NCBI RefSeq assembly: GCF_035084215.1
Contig: NC_090368.1
Coordinates: 5,332,001-5,396,000, forward strand
Direction of reading: 5' to 3'
DNA: 64,000 bases
Origin: Heptranchias perlo
Lineage: Eukaryota
Below, in pieces: positions 1 to 11,978 of the stretch; position 1 is the stretch's first letter, and each line of letters starts with the position of its first letter. The position numbers were made by a program, and so were the translations under genes. The notes under the pieces are model-generated. The model did not search any database. It saw only the letters and a program-made list of their open reading frames with translations, and had not been told where the DNA came from.

Positions 1-320
1 AAACTGTTTCCAGTGGCAGGAGGGTCGGTAACCAGAGGACACAGATTTAACGTGATTGGTAAAAGAGCCAGAGGTGACATGAGGAAAAATATTTTTAAGC
101 AGCGAGTTGTTCTGATCTGGAACGCGCTGCCTGAAAGGGCGGTGGAAGCAGATTCAATAGTAACTTTCAAAAGGGGAATTGGAGAAATACTTGAAGGGAA
201 AAAATATCCAGGGCTGTGGGGGAAAGAGCAGGGGGGAGAGGGACTAACTGGATAGCTCTTTCAAAGAGCTGGCACAGGCACGCTGGGCCGAACGGCCTCC
301 TTCTGTGCTGTTTCATTCGA
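1..320 (+). mobile_element. CR1 LINE 3' end
   Basis: TRGHRF...QRVVLIWNALP motif and 3' UTR gggccgaacggcctccttctgtgctg. Confidence 0.85.
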
Positions 321-920
321 TCATCCTATTGATGTAATTCTAATATACCCACACTTTCCAGTGGGTATAGGTCACTGGATAGTGATCAGGAAAAGGAATC
401 CTGGGACACAGAGATCAGTCTAAGCTGCTTCCCCCCGGGTGAGATCAGATAACGCAGCACAGGCATTGGAACATCATAGGAACAGGACTAGGCCATTCAG
501 CCCCTCGAACCTGTTCTGCAACTCTAACTCCTACTTTCAGACGCTCCTTAAAACCTACCTCTTTGACCGAGCTTTTGGTCACCTGTCCTGATATCTCCTT
601 ATGTGGCTCGGTGTCAAATTGTGTTTGATAATCGCTCCTGTGAAGCGCCTTGGGACGTTTTACTACGTTACAGGCGCTGGATAAATGCAAGTTGTTGTGA
701 TTGATTGATTAATTGATTCCGTAAGGTTAGATACAGACTAAGGATCGATCCTGGTACCTAACTAATTCAGTTCTACGCCATCTGATGTCTTTGTCAATTG
801 AGCCAAGGAGCAGACTGTATACTCCTTTCAATAATTGTGTGGGCATGTTTGCACTCAAGTTGAGGGCCGTTTGTGCTGGGGAATGGATCACATTCCCACT
901 TCAGCTGGTCAGTGTTGGCA

Positions 921-1237
921 TCAAACACTCCCAGGGCAGGTATAGCATGGGTTAGATACAGAACAAAGCTCCCTCTACACTGTCCCGTCAAACACTCCCA
1001 GGGCAGGTACAGCACGGGTTAGATACAGAGTAAAGCTCCCTCTACACTGTCCCGTCAAACACTCCCAGGGCAGGTACAGGGTTAGATACAGAGTAAAGCT
1101 CCCTCTACACTGTCCCATCAAACACTCCCAGGGCAGGTACAGCACGGGTTAGATACAGAGTAAAGCTCCCTCTACACTGTCCCATCAAACACTCCCAGGG
1201 CAGGTACAGCACGGGTTAGATACAGAGTAAAGCTCCC
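921..1237 (+). repeat. 63/68-bp satellite array (about 4-5 units)
   Basis: Unit gggttagatacagagtaaagctccctctacactgtcccatcaaacactcccagggcaggtaca(gcac). Confidence 0.95.
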
Positions 1238-1544
1238 GATATTCTGCCTCAGCCCCAAGCCCAGAAGCACATGCCTTGCGATATCAGTGTGGCACGAGGC
1301 TTCTATGAGTGAGCTTGCCAATTTAGTGCCAACTAGTGTCGCATTAGGGACATTTCAGTGCAGGGGGTCCATGCCTACTTCGAAGCAGATGGGTATTCTC
1401 TCTGACACGTTATGTAGGACCTCCCAGTCAAGCAAGGTTGGGGGGGGTGATCTTTCACCTCATTCAGGGCTAGATTTAAATCCAGCGCGGTCACTAAATG
1501 GGCCATTTCCCAGCGCTCGGTGTAAACGAGCAGCGTCACCTTAC

Positions 1545-1855
1545 CCTGCTGCTCCTCCTCCTCCTTCTTCGAGTTTCTTAATGGCGGCTGCTTTGGACTG
1601 GGAGATCTTGGAGTCCAGCCTCTTCAGGAAGTCCGAGGCGGACAGCTCCGGGGCCAGCCTGTCGGTCCCTCCAGTGTCCTGAGCCGCAAGGGGGTCGCTC
1701 CCCGCCCCCTCCCCCGGCCTCTTCTCCGGCATGGCCTCGGGCCTCAGCCCGTTCAGGAGGGCCTCCTGCTTATTGGCAGCAGGGATCCTGATGGTCTCCT
1801 TCAGGAAGATGGATTCATTGGTGTAGAGTCGGTTTGCCCTCTTTATCTGCTCTGT
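1545..1855 (-). CDS. LYSMD1: LYSMD1 coding exon 2
   Basis: Acceptor ttcttgccgcAG; TEQIKRANRLYTNESIFLK...ELSASDFLKRLDSKISQSKAAAIKKL; donor GTAAGG at 1544; 311 nt, ends in phase 2. Confidence 0.9.
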
Positions 1856-1954
1856 CTGCGGCAAGAAAAATTAAGCTGCGTCAGCAAAAAAACGGCCTCT
1901 CCCAGTTGCCACCGGGCTTCATTTAACGCAGGAGCAGATCTCCCGAGGCATTAG

Positions 1955-2575
1955 GTACAGAAGTAGGCCACTCAGCCCCTCGAGCCTGCTCTGTCATTCA
2001 GTTTGGTCATGGCTGATCTGCACCTCAACTCCATTTACCTGCCTTTGCTCCATATCCCTTGATCCCCTTACCCAACAAAAATCCATCGATCTCAGTCTTG
2101 AAAGCTCCAATTGATCCACAGCCTTTTTGGGGGGGGGGGAAAAGAGAGTTCCAGATTTCCACTCCCCTTTGTGTGAAGAAGTGCTTCCTGACATCACCCC
2201 TGAACGGCCTGGCTCTGATTTTAAGGTTCTGCCCCCTTGTTCTGGACTCCCCCCGACCAGAGGAAATAGTTTCTCTCTATCTGAGCTATCGAATCCCTCT
2301 AACATTTCAAACATCTCCATTAGATCACCCCTTAACTTTCTAAACTCGAGGGAATACAAGCCTAGTCTGTGCAACCTGTCCTCGTAATTTAACCCTTTTA
2401 GCCCCGGTATCATTCTGGAGAATCTGCGCTGCACCCCCTCCAAGGCCGATATGTCCTTCCTGAGGTGTGGAGCCCAGAACTGAACCCAATATGGCAGATG
2501 GAGTCTGACCAAAGCTCTGAACAACTGAAGCATTATTTCCTCCCCGTAGTATTCCAGTCCCATTGAGATAAAGAT
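1955..2575 (-). mobile_element. CR1 LINE 3' fragment
   Basis: LVRLHLPYWVQFWAPHLRKDI...RLGLYSLEFRKLRGDL. Further + strand CR1 ends lie at about 2635-2853 and 3450-3770. Confidence 0.88.
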
Positions 2576-2954
2576 GTTATCACCATTCTATAGGGACAGG
2601 AGTGTTAAGCCATATATTATAAAATATATTATTCTTCTGGGGTGGTAGAAGTTTGGAACTCTCTTCCGCAAACGACAATTGATACTAGCTCAATTGCTAA
2701 ATTTAAATCTGAGATAGATAGCTTTTTGGCAACCGAAGGTATTAAGGGATATGGGCCAAGGGCAGGTATATGGAGTTAGATCACAGATCAGCCATGATCT
2801 TATCAAATGGCGGAGCAGGCACGAGGGGCTGAATGGCCTACTCCTGTTCCTATGGTAAAGTGAACCAGAGTCCCCTTAAGACCACAGTGCTTAGCTGCTG
2901 TTAAGTAAACAGTGGCGGAGGTCAATTAGAGTTCAATAGCTTTTAAGTATTAAC

Positions 2955-3415
2955 CATGTCTCAGTGGGTAGCACTCTCACCTCTGAGTCAGAAGGTTGTG
3001 CGTTCGAGCCCCCACTCCGAGACTTGAGCACATAAACCAGGCCGACACTCCCACTGCCAGTACTGAGGAAGTGCCGCACTGTCGGAGGTGCCGTCTTTCG
3101 GATGAGACGGTAAACTGAGGCCCTGTCTGCCCCTCACAGGGTGGATGTAAAAGATCCCACGGCCACTATTCGAAGAGCAGGGGAGTTCTCCCCGGTATCC
3201 TGGGCCAACACTTAACCCTCAACCAACAACTAAAACAGATGATCTGGTCATTAATTTCATTCCTGTTTGTGGGACCTTGCTGTGCGCAAATTGGCTACTG
3301 CGTCTCCCTACATTACAACAGTGACTACACTTCAAAAAATACTTCATTGGCTGTAAAGCGCTTTGGGACGTCCAGAGGTGGTGAAAGATGCCATAGAAAT
3401 CCAAATCTTTCTTTC
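2955..3415 (+). mobile_element. tRNA-derived Deu-domain SINE (SacSINE1/AmnSINE-like), full length
   Basis: A-box/B-box head (ctcagtgggtagc...gttcgagccc), central gatgagacg.taaac.gagg...aaagatccca...ccccggt.tcctgg domain, and a 3' tail shared with the L2 LINE. Confidence 0.85.
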
Positions 3416-4959
3416 TTTTCAAGGATGTGGGTAAGAATCCAGGATGACCTGAGAGATTGTTTCCCCTGGCTGGAGAGTCTAGAACGAGGGGACATAGTCT
3501 CAGGGTAAGGGGTCGGCCATTTAGGACCGAGATGAGGAAAGATTTCTTCACTCAGAGGGTTGTGAATCTTTGGAATTCTTTACCCCAGAGGGCTGTGGAT
3601 GCTCATTGAGTATATTCAAGGCTGAGATTGATAGATTTTTGGACTCTAGGGGAATCAAGGGATATGGGGATCGGGGCAGGAAAGTGGAGTTGAGGTCAAA
3701 GATCAGCTATGATCTGAATGAATGGCGGAGCAGGCTCGAGGGGCCGAATGGCCTACTCCTATTTCTTCTGTTAAACATCACAGCCGAGCCCAGCTCTCTG
3801 GGGTAAAGGAAGCTGAACTGCCTCAAGAGAGAGAATTACATTACCTCACTTATATCACAGCACTGCCTTCAGAGAGTGAGATGCACAAGAACAGCACAGG
3901 GGGAAGACTACAGAGGTGACTCAGCAATCTGGCACTCCCGGGGGGAAGAGTGGGGCTCACATCCCACAAGTTCCCCGTGAGTGCCATTCCTGCCCGGGAG
4001 CGTTAGGTCCTATCTGTGGCCTGATTGTGGAGTCACCTCCGATAATTAGTGCAAAGGGAAAGCGCTTACTCATCCTGTGGAGAGAGTGAGAGTGAGAAAC
4101 AACGACATTAATTCATGCCTTGATGTCTTCCGCGATCGGTGGTCACCGCAGGGTTAGAGAGCGTCTTGTGGACATCGATAATAAAATAACATCCTGATTT
4201 CGTTGGGAAGGGATCCCTTTGTTGTTGGTGGGACTTGACGCTTAAAGAAGACGTCTTTTTACTTTGATTGGACCATCCAATATTAGTGGTGCCCTAAAAG
4301 GGGCAGTTGTTGTGATGATTTTTGTTTGGTGACCCTGGGGTTTAATCAGGGACTGCTGCCCATATCAGGCTAACCATTTGTCATCACCATGGGCGTGAAA
4401 TACAAAGGTCTCACTTGTAATGTATTAACACGCCGACTATTTCGTGCAGTTCAGTAAGCGCTCAGCTGGATCTAAAGGCTCCGCCGACTTCAGGCCAAGT
4501 CAGGTCTTTGGGCAGCTTCCATCAGCTGTGGGCACTGTCGATAATTAAGTGTTAGAAAACACGCCAAGCTCCACACATCCTGGTTTTCCAGCATGTCGGA
4601 AAAGCGGAGGCTTCAAGGCAGCGTCAGGAGTTATGGCATCGCCTTGGTTTGACCAACCGCCACATATAGCGGGCATGTCGCATCTCCACGAATGTGCAGC
4701 TATTTGCCGTAGGGACTGTAATGTGCTTTATGTTCGAGCAGGGGCCGCTGAGGACCCCCTCGAGCTTTGGGCGGGGGGGGGGGGGTGGAAATCAGGCTGG
4801 GAGGGGTTACTGAGCCCAGTGAACAAGGGAGCTGAATTAACAACTGCTTCAGTGTTATCACCTGAATGGGAGCCGTGCATGTTAATCAGGCACAACTGCG
4901 ACCGCCTGAAATATAGAAAAGGACCCAAACCCAATGGCAATCCAGCCACTCCTGTTGGA

Positions 4960-4970
4960 GTGAGAGAGAG

Positions 4971-5021
<51 letters not shown>
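4960..5021. repeat. (GA)n(GT)n microsatellite
   Basis: Read directly. Confidence 0.95.
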
Positions 5022-5023
<2 letters not shown>

Positions 5024-5039
5024 ACGCACGCCCTGCTAT

Positions 5040-5465
5040 GCCTTTAACGTAGTAAAACGTCCCAAGGTGCTTCACAGGAGCGAATGATTATCAGATAAAA
5101 TTTGACACCGAGCCACATAAGGAGATATTAGGACAGGTGACCAAAAGCTTGGTCAAAGAGGTAGGTTTTAAGGAGCGTCTTAAAGGAGGAGAGAGAGGCG
5201 GAGAGGTTTAGGGAAGGAATTCCAGAGCTTGGAGTCTAGGCGGCTGAAGGCACGGCCGCCAATGGTGGGGGCGAAGGGAATTGCCAGAGGCCAGAATTGG
5301 AGCAATGCCGAGATCTCGGAGGGCTGTAGGAGGTTACAGAGATTGGGGATGGGGGTGGTGCCAGATCACGGAGGGATCTGAACATGAGGATGAGGATTTT
5401 AAAATCGAGGCACTGCCGGACCGGGAGCCAATGTAGGTCAGCCTGCTCAGGGGGAGACGGGTGCA
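5040..5465 (-). mobile_element. L2-clade LINE 3' end
   Basis: ADLHWLPVRQCLDFKILILMFRSL. Confidence 0.85.
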
Positions 5466-6759
5466 TTAGATAGGCTGCCGACACCTAGCTGCCCAGGCTC
5501 ACAGGTGTAGAGTGGTCCCTTTGGCAAGCACTCAATGGGCGACTGGTGCCATGTAGAACCACACACAGCGAGAGACTCAAATCCTTCAGGAGAAGAGGAG
5601 ACAAAAATCAGCAGGGGAAAACAGCACTGTAAATTTTGCAATGACTTAAAATGGGGACGGCTGACAGAGTCCTTGTTGAGGAAGTGCCCCTCCTCCCACC
5701 CCGGAGTGTACTTTTCGTTGCATATTATCTAATTAATGCGGAGAAGCTGAATAGCATCAGAGTAATTACACATTTCAGCAGCAGCAAGAAAACACTCATT
5801 CAGAACAAATCAGTGAAATCACAGACTTGGAGAATCTTCCATCATTTTCAGCGTCGAGGGAACGGGGGGAAACAAAAAAATCTGGAAAATTAAATTGCGA
5901 GCTAGTGGGACGAGGGGATAGAGGTTCAAACGAGAGAAATACACAGTTGATAGCAGGAAGTTCGTCTTTGCGCGCTGTCTGAGATGGGACAGGCTCCCAG
6001 ATGGAATGGTGCAAGCGAAAACCCTGGAGAGATTTAGCATCTAAATGCAAGTGGCAGTGAAGGGACTTTGGTCTTTCTGGATGGATAGAAAGAATTTCCG
6101 TTTGCAGAGCACCCTTCACCAGCTCAGGACGTCCCAAAGCACGTCACAGCCGATAACGTACTCGTTTTTTGAAGTGCGCCCGCTGTTGTAATGTAGGGAA
6201 ATGCGGCAGCCAAATTATGCACAGCAAGCTCCCACAAACAGCTACGAGATAAATGACCGGATAATCTGTTTTTTAATGATTACATAGAATTTACAGCACA
6301 GAAACAGGCCATTCGGCCCAACTGGTCTATGCCGGTGTTTATGCTCCATATGAGCCTCCTCCCACTCCTCTTCGTCTCACCCTATCAGCATATCCTTCTA
6401 TTCCTTTCTCCCTCATGTACTTATCTGGCTGCCCCTTAAAGGCATCTATGCTATTCGCCTCAACTACTCCTTGTGGTGTTGGTTGAGGGATAAACGTTGG
6501 CCAGGACACCAGGAGAACTCCCCTGCTCTTCAAAATAGTGCCATGGGATCTTTTAGCTCCACCTGAGAGGGCAGACATGGCAACGGTGTAAATCTCAGCT
6601 GAAAGACGGCTCTCATTCAGTACGGCATTGGGAGTTGCTATATTCTAATCCATTGTGTTAGACAGTGAATTAATTTTATTGTGTTTAATGCAATGAATAA
6701 GCAACATCAGTAGACTTCATCAGCTGAATGTGACAATATATATTGCATTCAATTGTCTC

Positions 6760-8000
6760 ATATCAAGTGACACTGTATTTAATCCACTGTATTAGACACC
6801 CTAGTACCACTGTCAGGATCTTAAATCCAGTACATCAGGCACCCCTATAACATCGGCATTATATTAAAACTGCTGCCACTGTATTGAATCCAGCGCACAC
6901 ACCCTTGCACCGGTGTCACTTTAAATCCAGTGTGCACACCCCTGTACCAGTGGCACGGTCTTAAATCCAGTGCGGTGACCTCTGTACCTGTGTCACTGTA
7001 TTGAATCCAATGCATCAGACACACCTGTACTGGTGGCACCGTGTGAAATCCAGTGGGCACACACACACACACCCCTGTACCAGTGTCACTGCATTGAATC
7101 CACGCACACACCCCACCCCGTGCTGTCACTGTATTGAATCCAGTGCATTAGACACAACTTTGTACCGGTGGCACTGTATTGAATCCAATGCACGTGCACC
7201 CCTGTATTGAATCCAGTGCACACACACTCCTTGTATTAGTAGCACCGTATTGAATCCAGTGCGCACATACTCCCCTGTATCAGTAGCACTGTATTGAATC
7301 CAGTGCACAGCTCTCCCCCGTATCAAATCCAGTGCACATACACCCCTGTACCAGTTTCACTGTATCAAATCCAGTGCACAACCCCCTCCCCCACGTGTCA
7401 AACCCAGCGCACAACCCCCCCGTATCAAATCCAGCGCACAACCACCCCCCGTGTCAAATCCAGTGCACACACACACCCCCGTGTCAAATCCAGCACACAC
7501 ACACCCCCGTGTCAAATCCAGCGCACAACCACCCCCCGTGTCAAATCCAGTGCGCGCACACACACGCGTGTGTCAAATCCAGTGCACACACCCCCCCGTG
7601 TCAAATCCAGTGCACACACCCCCCGTGTCAAATCCAGTGCACACACCCCCCGTGTCAAATCCAGTGCACACACACACCCCGTGTCAAATCCAGTGCACGC
7701 ACACACCCCCCGTGTCAAATCCAGTGCACACACACACACCCGTGTCAAATCCAGTGCACACACACACCCCCGTGTCAAATCCAGTGCACACACACACACC
7801 CGTGTCAAATCCAGTGCACCCCCCCCCCGGGCATCAAATCCAGTGCGCACCCCCCCCCCCCCCGGTGTCATATCCAGTGCACACCGCCCCCCGGTATCAA
7901 ATCCAGTGCACACACCCCTCTGTATCAATAGCACTGTATTGAATCCAGTGCACCCAGCCCCCACCCTCTCCATCAAATCCAGTGCACACCCCCCCCGGTA
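6760..8000. repeat. Degenerate ~30-40-bp minisatellite in LYSMD1 intron 1
   Basis: Core (gtgtc/gtatt)(g)aaatccagtgcacac with variable CA/C runs. Confidence 0.9.
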
Positions 8001-8057
8001 CCAGTAGCCCTGGATTAAGCCCGGTCCTTCACAGCCCTCCCCGGGCCGGCTACTCAC

Positions 8058-8252
8058 GCTCACTCCGTATCTCAGCGCCAGCCCCTGCAGGGTGTCTCCG
8101 GGCCGCAGCCAGTGCTCCAGGTGCCTCTGACATGTCGGCGAGCCCGGGTGCCGGGCCGTGCTGCCGTACGAGCGGGCGGGGGCCTGCGCCAAGCCCCGCA
8201 GCGCCCCGCACTCGGAAGCCGGAGAGGAGGAGCCGCCCGCCGCCGCCGCCAT
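8058..8252 (-). CDS. LYSMD1: LYSMD1 coding exon 1 (N-terminal half of LysM domain)
   Basis: ATG at 8252; MAAAAGG...ARSYGS...GDTLQGLALRYGVS; donor GTGAGT at 8057; 195 nt. Confidence 0.9.
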
Positions 8253-8699
8253 CAACACAAACGCCGGCGGAGCCGAGCCGCCTCAACCGGCTCACTGTGG
8301 AGACGATCAACAGCTGGCCGGGCAAGGGGATTCTGGGACTTGTAGTTTCCCCACCCCCTCTGACCACATCCGCTTTCGTTACAATCGGCCGCCCGGCGGA
8401 CTACAGATCCCAGAAGCCACTGCGCTCCCGGCGCGTTGCACTGTGGGAATCGCAGTCCCCTGCCCCTCAGTCGACAGCCGCCGTCCGCCATTTTTTTGAA
8501 ACCCCGCCCCGCCCGCCAAAGTTGGCAGCGAGTTATCAAAACAAATACAAAAACTCACACGGTGGACGCATTTTGCCGACCGCACTCCTGTCACAGATGG
8601 CTATTAGCGCTCGTTATAACTGATTGCGACGAGGTAGAAAGTAAAATCTCTGGCTCTCTGGGGGTTGTAGTTTTCCCTGCCGCTTCTCGACGTCCGATT

Positions 8700-9245
8700 G
8701 CCTCCGACTCCGGCGCAGCGCCGACTACAGATCCCAGAAGCCGCCGCGCTGCGCTCGGGGGAAGGGGTAGCGGTGCATTGTGGGCGTTGTAGTCCACCAG
8801 CCCGGCCCGTCCGCGTTAATCGCCGACTTGTGCACTACAAATCCCAGATGTCATTGCGAAAACCTCAGCGCTGCTCTCAATCGACGCCTGGCCGGGGGTG
8901 GAGCGGTGCATTGTGGGCGTTGTAGTCCACCAGCCCGGCCCGTCCGCGTTAATCGCCGACTTGTGCACTACAAATCCCAGATGCCATTGCGCAAACCTCA
9001 GCGCCGCACACACCGACGCCTAGGGGGGGAGCGGTGCCTTGTGGGTATTGTAGTCCACCAGCCCGGCCCGCCCGCGCTAATCGCCATCTTGCGCACTACA
9101 AATCCCCGAAGCCATTGCGACAACCGCGGCGCTGCGCTCCCCGAATGCCTGGCGAGGTGGGAGCGGTGCATTGTGGGCGTTGTAGTCCACCGGCCCGGCC
9201 CGCCCGCGCTAATCGCCGCCTTGCGCACTACGACTCCCACAATCC
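8700..9245. repeat. ~130-bp tandem repeat x4 within the bidirectional promoter
   Basis: tgc(a/c)ttgtggg..ttgtagtccacc recurs at 8774, 8907, 9035 and 9167. Confidence 0.92.
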
Positions 9246-9347
9246 CTCGCTCGGCCTGGCCCGCGGGGTGCGCTGGGAAAAAGGTGGCGGGTTACTCAGG
9301 AGACTCGGCGAGGCCTTGCGGAGCTTCAGCCTTTCCCTCGCCTCGCC

Positions 9348-9398
9348 ATGGCTTTCAAACGGGAGGGGGACGACCTGAGCCAGCTTAACGCGCTGAAG
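9348..9398 (+). CDS. SCNM1: SCNM1 exon 1
   Basis: gccATGG start; MAFKREGDDLSQLNALK; donor GTCCGT. Confidence 0.92.
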
Positions 9399-9859
9399 GT
9401 CCGTCTCAGGGCGGGTGGCATTGGCAGGAAAAGGTCTCCCCTGCCCGTTGCTAAGGAAAAGGGGGGGAGGGGCACCTGCGGTTGCCATGGCAGTGCCCGC
9501 GCCCTCCTGGACTAAAATGGGCACCGTGTGCCACCACCCACCGCGCAGGGCGCGCCGTCAGGAGATGGCGAGCCGAGCATCCGCCCCTCCCCACCCCCAG
9601 AATCCCGCTCCGTCGCCAGGACCGCCGGCGTCTGCCTCCCGTAACGTCGCCCGTCTCCATTGCCCCTCCGCCCCCCCCACCCCCCCCCCACCATCCCGTC
9701 CGTCTCAGCTCTTCGACTGCTGGAGCCCTCACCATCCCCTCCCCCCTAGTGGCTCTCGCCACCTCCAGACGCCGTTCCAACGCCGTCCCGGCCGGACTCC
9801 CGCCTCCCCACCCCCTCCGTAACCATCCGCTCATCTGAAACTCTATTTCTCCCCCTCCC

Positions 9860-10365
9860 CCGCTGTATCCCTAACTCGCACCGAGCCCCGTTCACCCATC
9901 ACACCCCCGCCCCCCCAACCCTGAGCTCGCTGGACCTACATTGGCTCCCGGTCCGGCAACGCCTCGATTTTAAAATTCTCCATCCTCCTGTTCAAATCCT
10001 TCCGTGGCCCTCGCCCCCCCCTCCCGATCTCCATAACCTCCTCCAGCCCCTACAACCCTCCGAGATCTCTGCACTCCTCCAATTCTGGCCTCTTGCGCAT
10101 CCCCCGATTTCCATCACTCCATCGTTGGCGGCCGTGCCTTCAGCCGCCTGGGCCCTAAGCTCTGGAATTCCCTCCCTAAACCTCTCCGCCTCTCTCTCCT
10201 CCTTTAGACGCTCCTTGAAACCTCCCTCTTTGTCCAAGCTTTTGGTCACCTGTCCTAATATCTCCTCATGTGGCTCGGTGTCAAATTTTGTCTGATTTAC
10301 GCTCCTGTGAAGCGCCTTGGGGACGTTTTACTGCTTTTAAGGCGCTATAAATGCAGATTGTTGTT
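9860..10365 (+). mobile_element. L2-clade LINE 3' end (representative copy)
   Basis: Encodes a degraded DLHWLPV..RLDFKIL..FKS...PKLWNSLP; tail aaggcgctata(ta)aatgca. Other copies at about 530-700, 21115-21270, 23270-23520 and 35225-35445. Confidence 0.85.
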
Positions 10366-10440
10366 TGAGTTGTAACTTCATTGCATTCACGTTTAAAGCA
10401 GCTGTTGGCTGATAGTAACCCGTCTCTGATCTCCTCACAG

Positions 10441-10511
10441 AAACGGCGTGTGGCCGACTTGCTAGCGAGCTACATCCCTGAGGACGAAGCCATATTGATG
10501 AAGAACGGAAG
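10441..10511 (+). CDS. SCNM1: SCNM1 exon 2
   Basis: ctcctcacAG; KRRVADLLASYIPEDEAILMKNG(R); donor GTGAGA. Confidence 0.93.
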
Positions 10512-11453
10512 GTGAGACATCTCTCCAGCCCTCTGTTGTGCTCAGTGCCTTGGGTTTTGCTAATTTATTATGGAGGGCTGTGTTTTTTTTTACTGTTTCC
10601 CACCTCGCACGCCCCAACTGAAGGGGCGTCTCTTGGGATTCCACGCGTATTGGCCCCCGCTCGCTCGAGACATGACCCCAGGACAGTTGAGGGTCAGTCA
10701 GCTATTCGACCGAGTGAGGCCTGGTGGCCGTTTTGCAAGGATGCCCTCGGCATAGCCGTGCTTCAACCCCTTGGCGCGTGCGGCGTTTGCTGAGCTCGGC
10801 CGGAGTCGGGGGCCTCAGTCTCCCACCCCCCACCTCCCCAACCCTGGGGTTAGGGGGAGGGCAAAGACAATAAATCGGCCAGTGCTCCTGCTTCGAATCA
10901 CTAAGCAGTGATTCCTGATGGAAAGGGTTGGAACGTGTTCAGCAAGGACATTGGTGAAGTTGGCCGTGATTCCCCATGCAGTCGAATAGTCCGGCCGAGA
11001 CTGCATTGCAGCGTGGGAGTTTTAAACGACTTCTGTGTTTAGAAAGGGAGCGGTGACACCAGGGACGGAGGTGGGCAAGGTAGTGTTGGGGGGGGGGAGA
11101 AGGATGGTTAATGTAATGGGTATTCTCCAGTAGGTACTAAATCACTGGTTAGGCCACAGCTGGAGTATCGTGTCCAATTGCGAGGGGTGATTCCACAAAC
11201 TAGGGTTGTATGCCCTGGAATTTAGAAGATTAAGGGGTGATTTGATCGAAGTTTTCAGGATAGCAAGGGTAGGGTAGATAGAGAGAAACTATTTCCGCTG
11301 GTTGGGGAGACTGGGACTAGGAGACAGAGCCTAAAAATTAGAGCCAGGACTTTCAGGAGTGAAGTCAGGAAACACTTCTACACGCAAAGGGGTAGTTAGA
11401 AGTTTGGAACTCTTCCGCAAACGGCAGTTGATGCTAGCTCAGTTATTAATTTT

Positions 11454-11727
11454 AATTGTAAACAATTTTACAACACCAAGTTATAGTCCAGCAATTTTAT
11501 TTTAAATTCACAAGCTTTCGGAGATTTTCTCCTTCCTCAGGCAAATGTTTCAAGAGCTCCTTGAAGCCTACGTATTTATACATATTGAACAATACATGGT
11601 GTATTGTTCAATATGTATAAATCTCCGAAAGCTTGTGAATTTAAAATAAAATTGCTGGACTATAACTTGGTGTTGTAAAATTGTTTACAATTGTCAACCC
11701 CAGTCCATCACCGGCATCTCCACATCA
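11454..11727. mobile_element. Fold-back Penelope-like element remnant inserted in a CR1 fragment
   Basis: About 74-bp inverted arms (11454-11527 / 11619-11692), internal hairpin, tail ccccagtccatcaccggcatctccacatca, and duplicated target tattaattttaa (11444-11455 / 11728-11739). Confidence 0.75.
11508..11544 (-). ncRNA. Minimal type I hammerhead ribozyme motif (Penelope-associated)
   Basis: Minus strand reads UUGC-CUGAGGA-A-GGAGA aaa UCUCC-GAAA-GCUU-GUGA. Confidence 0.6.
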
Positions 11728-11978
11728 TATTAATTTTAAACCTGAGATTGATAGATTTTTGTTAACCAAAGGTATTAAGGTACATGGGGCTAAGGCGGGT
11801 ATATGGTCACAGATCGGCCATGATCTCACTGAATGGCGGAACAGGCTCCAGGGGCTAAATGGCCTCCTCCTGTTCCTACGATTCTAGTACATAGGGTCTG
11901 TCTGTAGGCCACAGACAAGCAGCAGTCGTATTCTCCGTTCCGGCAGTAACCCGTTCCGCATTTCCCTCTTTTTTTTAG

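Larger units (their letters stand above)
1545..8252 (-). other. LYSMD1: LYSMD1 gene span (coding exons 1-2; terminal exon not found in window)
   Basis: Exons 8058-8252 and 1545-1855 join in phase 0 and rebuild the LysM domain (HWLRPGDTLQGLALRYGVS|TEQIKRANRLYTNESIFLKETIRIP). The gene is head-to-head with SCNM1. Confidence 0.9.
8000..9830. promoter_or_regulatory. CpG-island bidirectional promoter of LYSMD1/SCNM1 with clustered ZNF143/THAP11-type motifs and a YY1-type motif
   Basis: CpG-dense; divergent ATGs at 8252 and 9348; repeated ACTACAnnTCCCA-like motifs; CCGCCATTTT near 8485. Confidence 0.8.
11140..11885 (+). mobile_element. Degraded CR1 LINE 3' fragment (host of the Penelope-like insertion)
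   Basis: CR1 ORF2 C-terminal nucleotide motifs and 3' hairpin on both sides of 11454-11727. Confidence 0.8.

Noticed and set aside
2955-3025. tRNA gene
   Set aside because: This is the tRNA-like head of a SINE and continues into the SINE body; no complete cloverleaf or terminator is evident.
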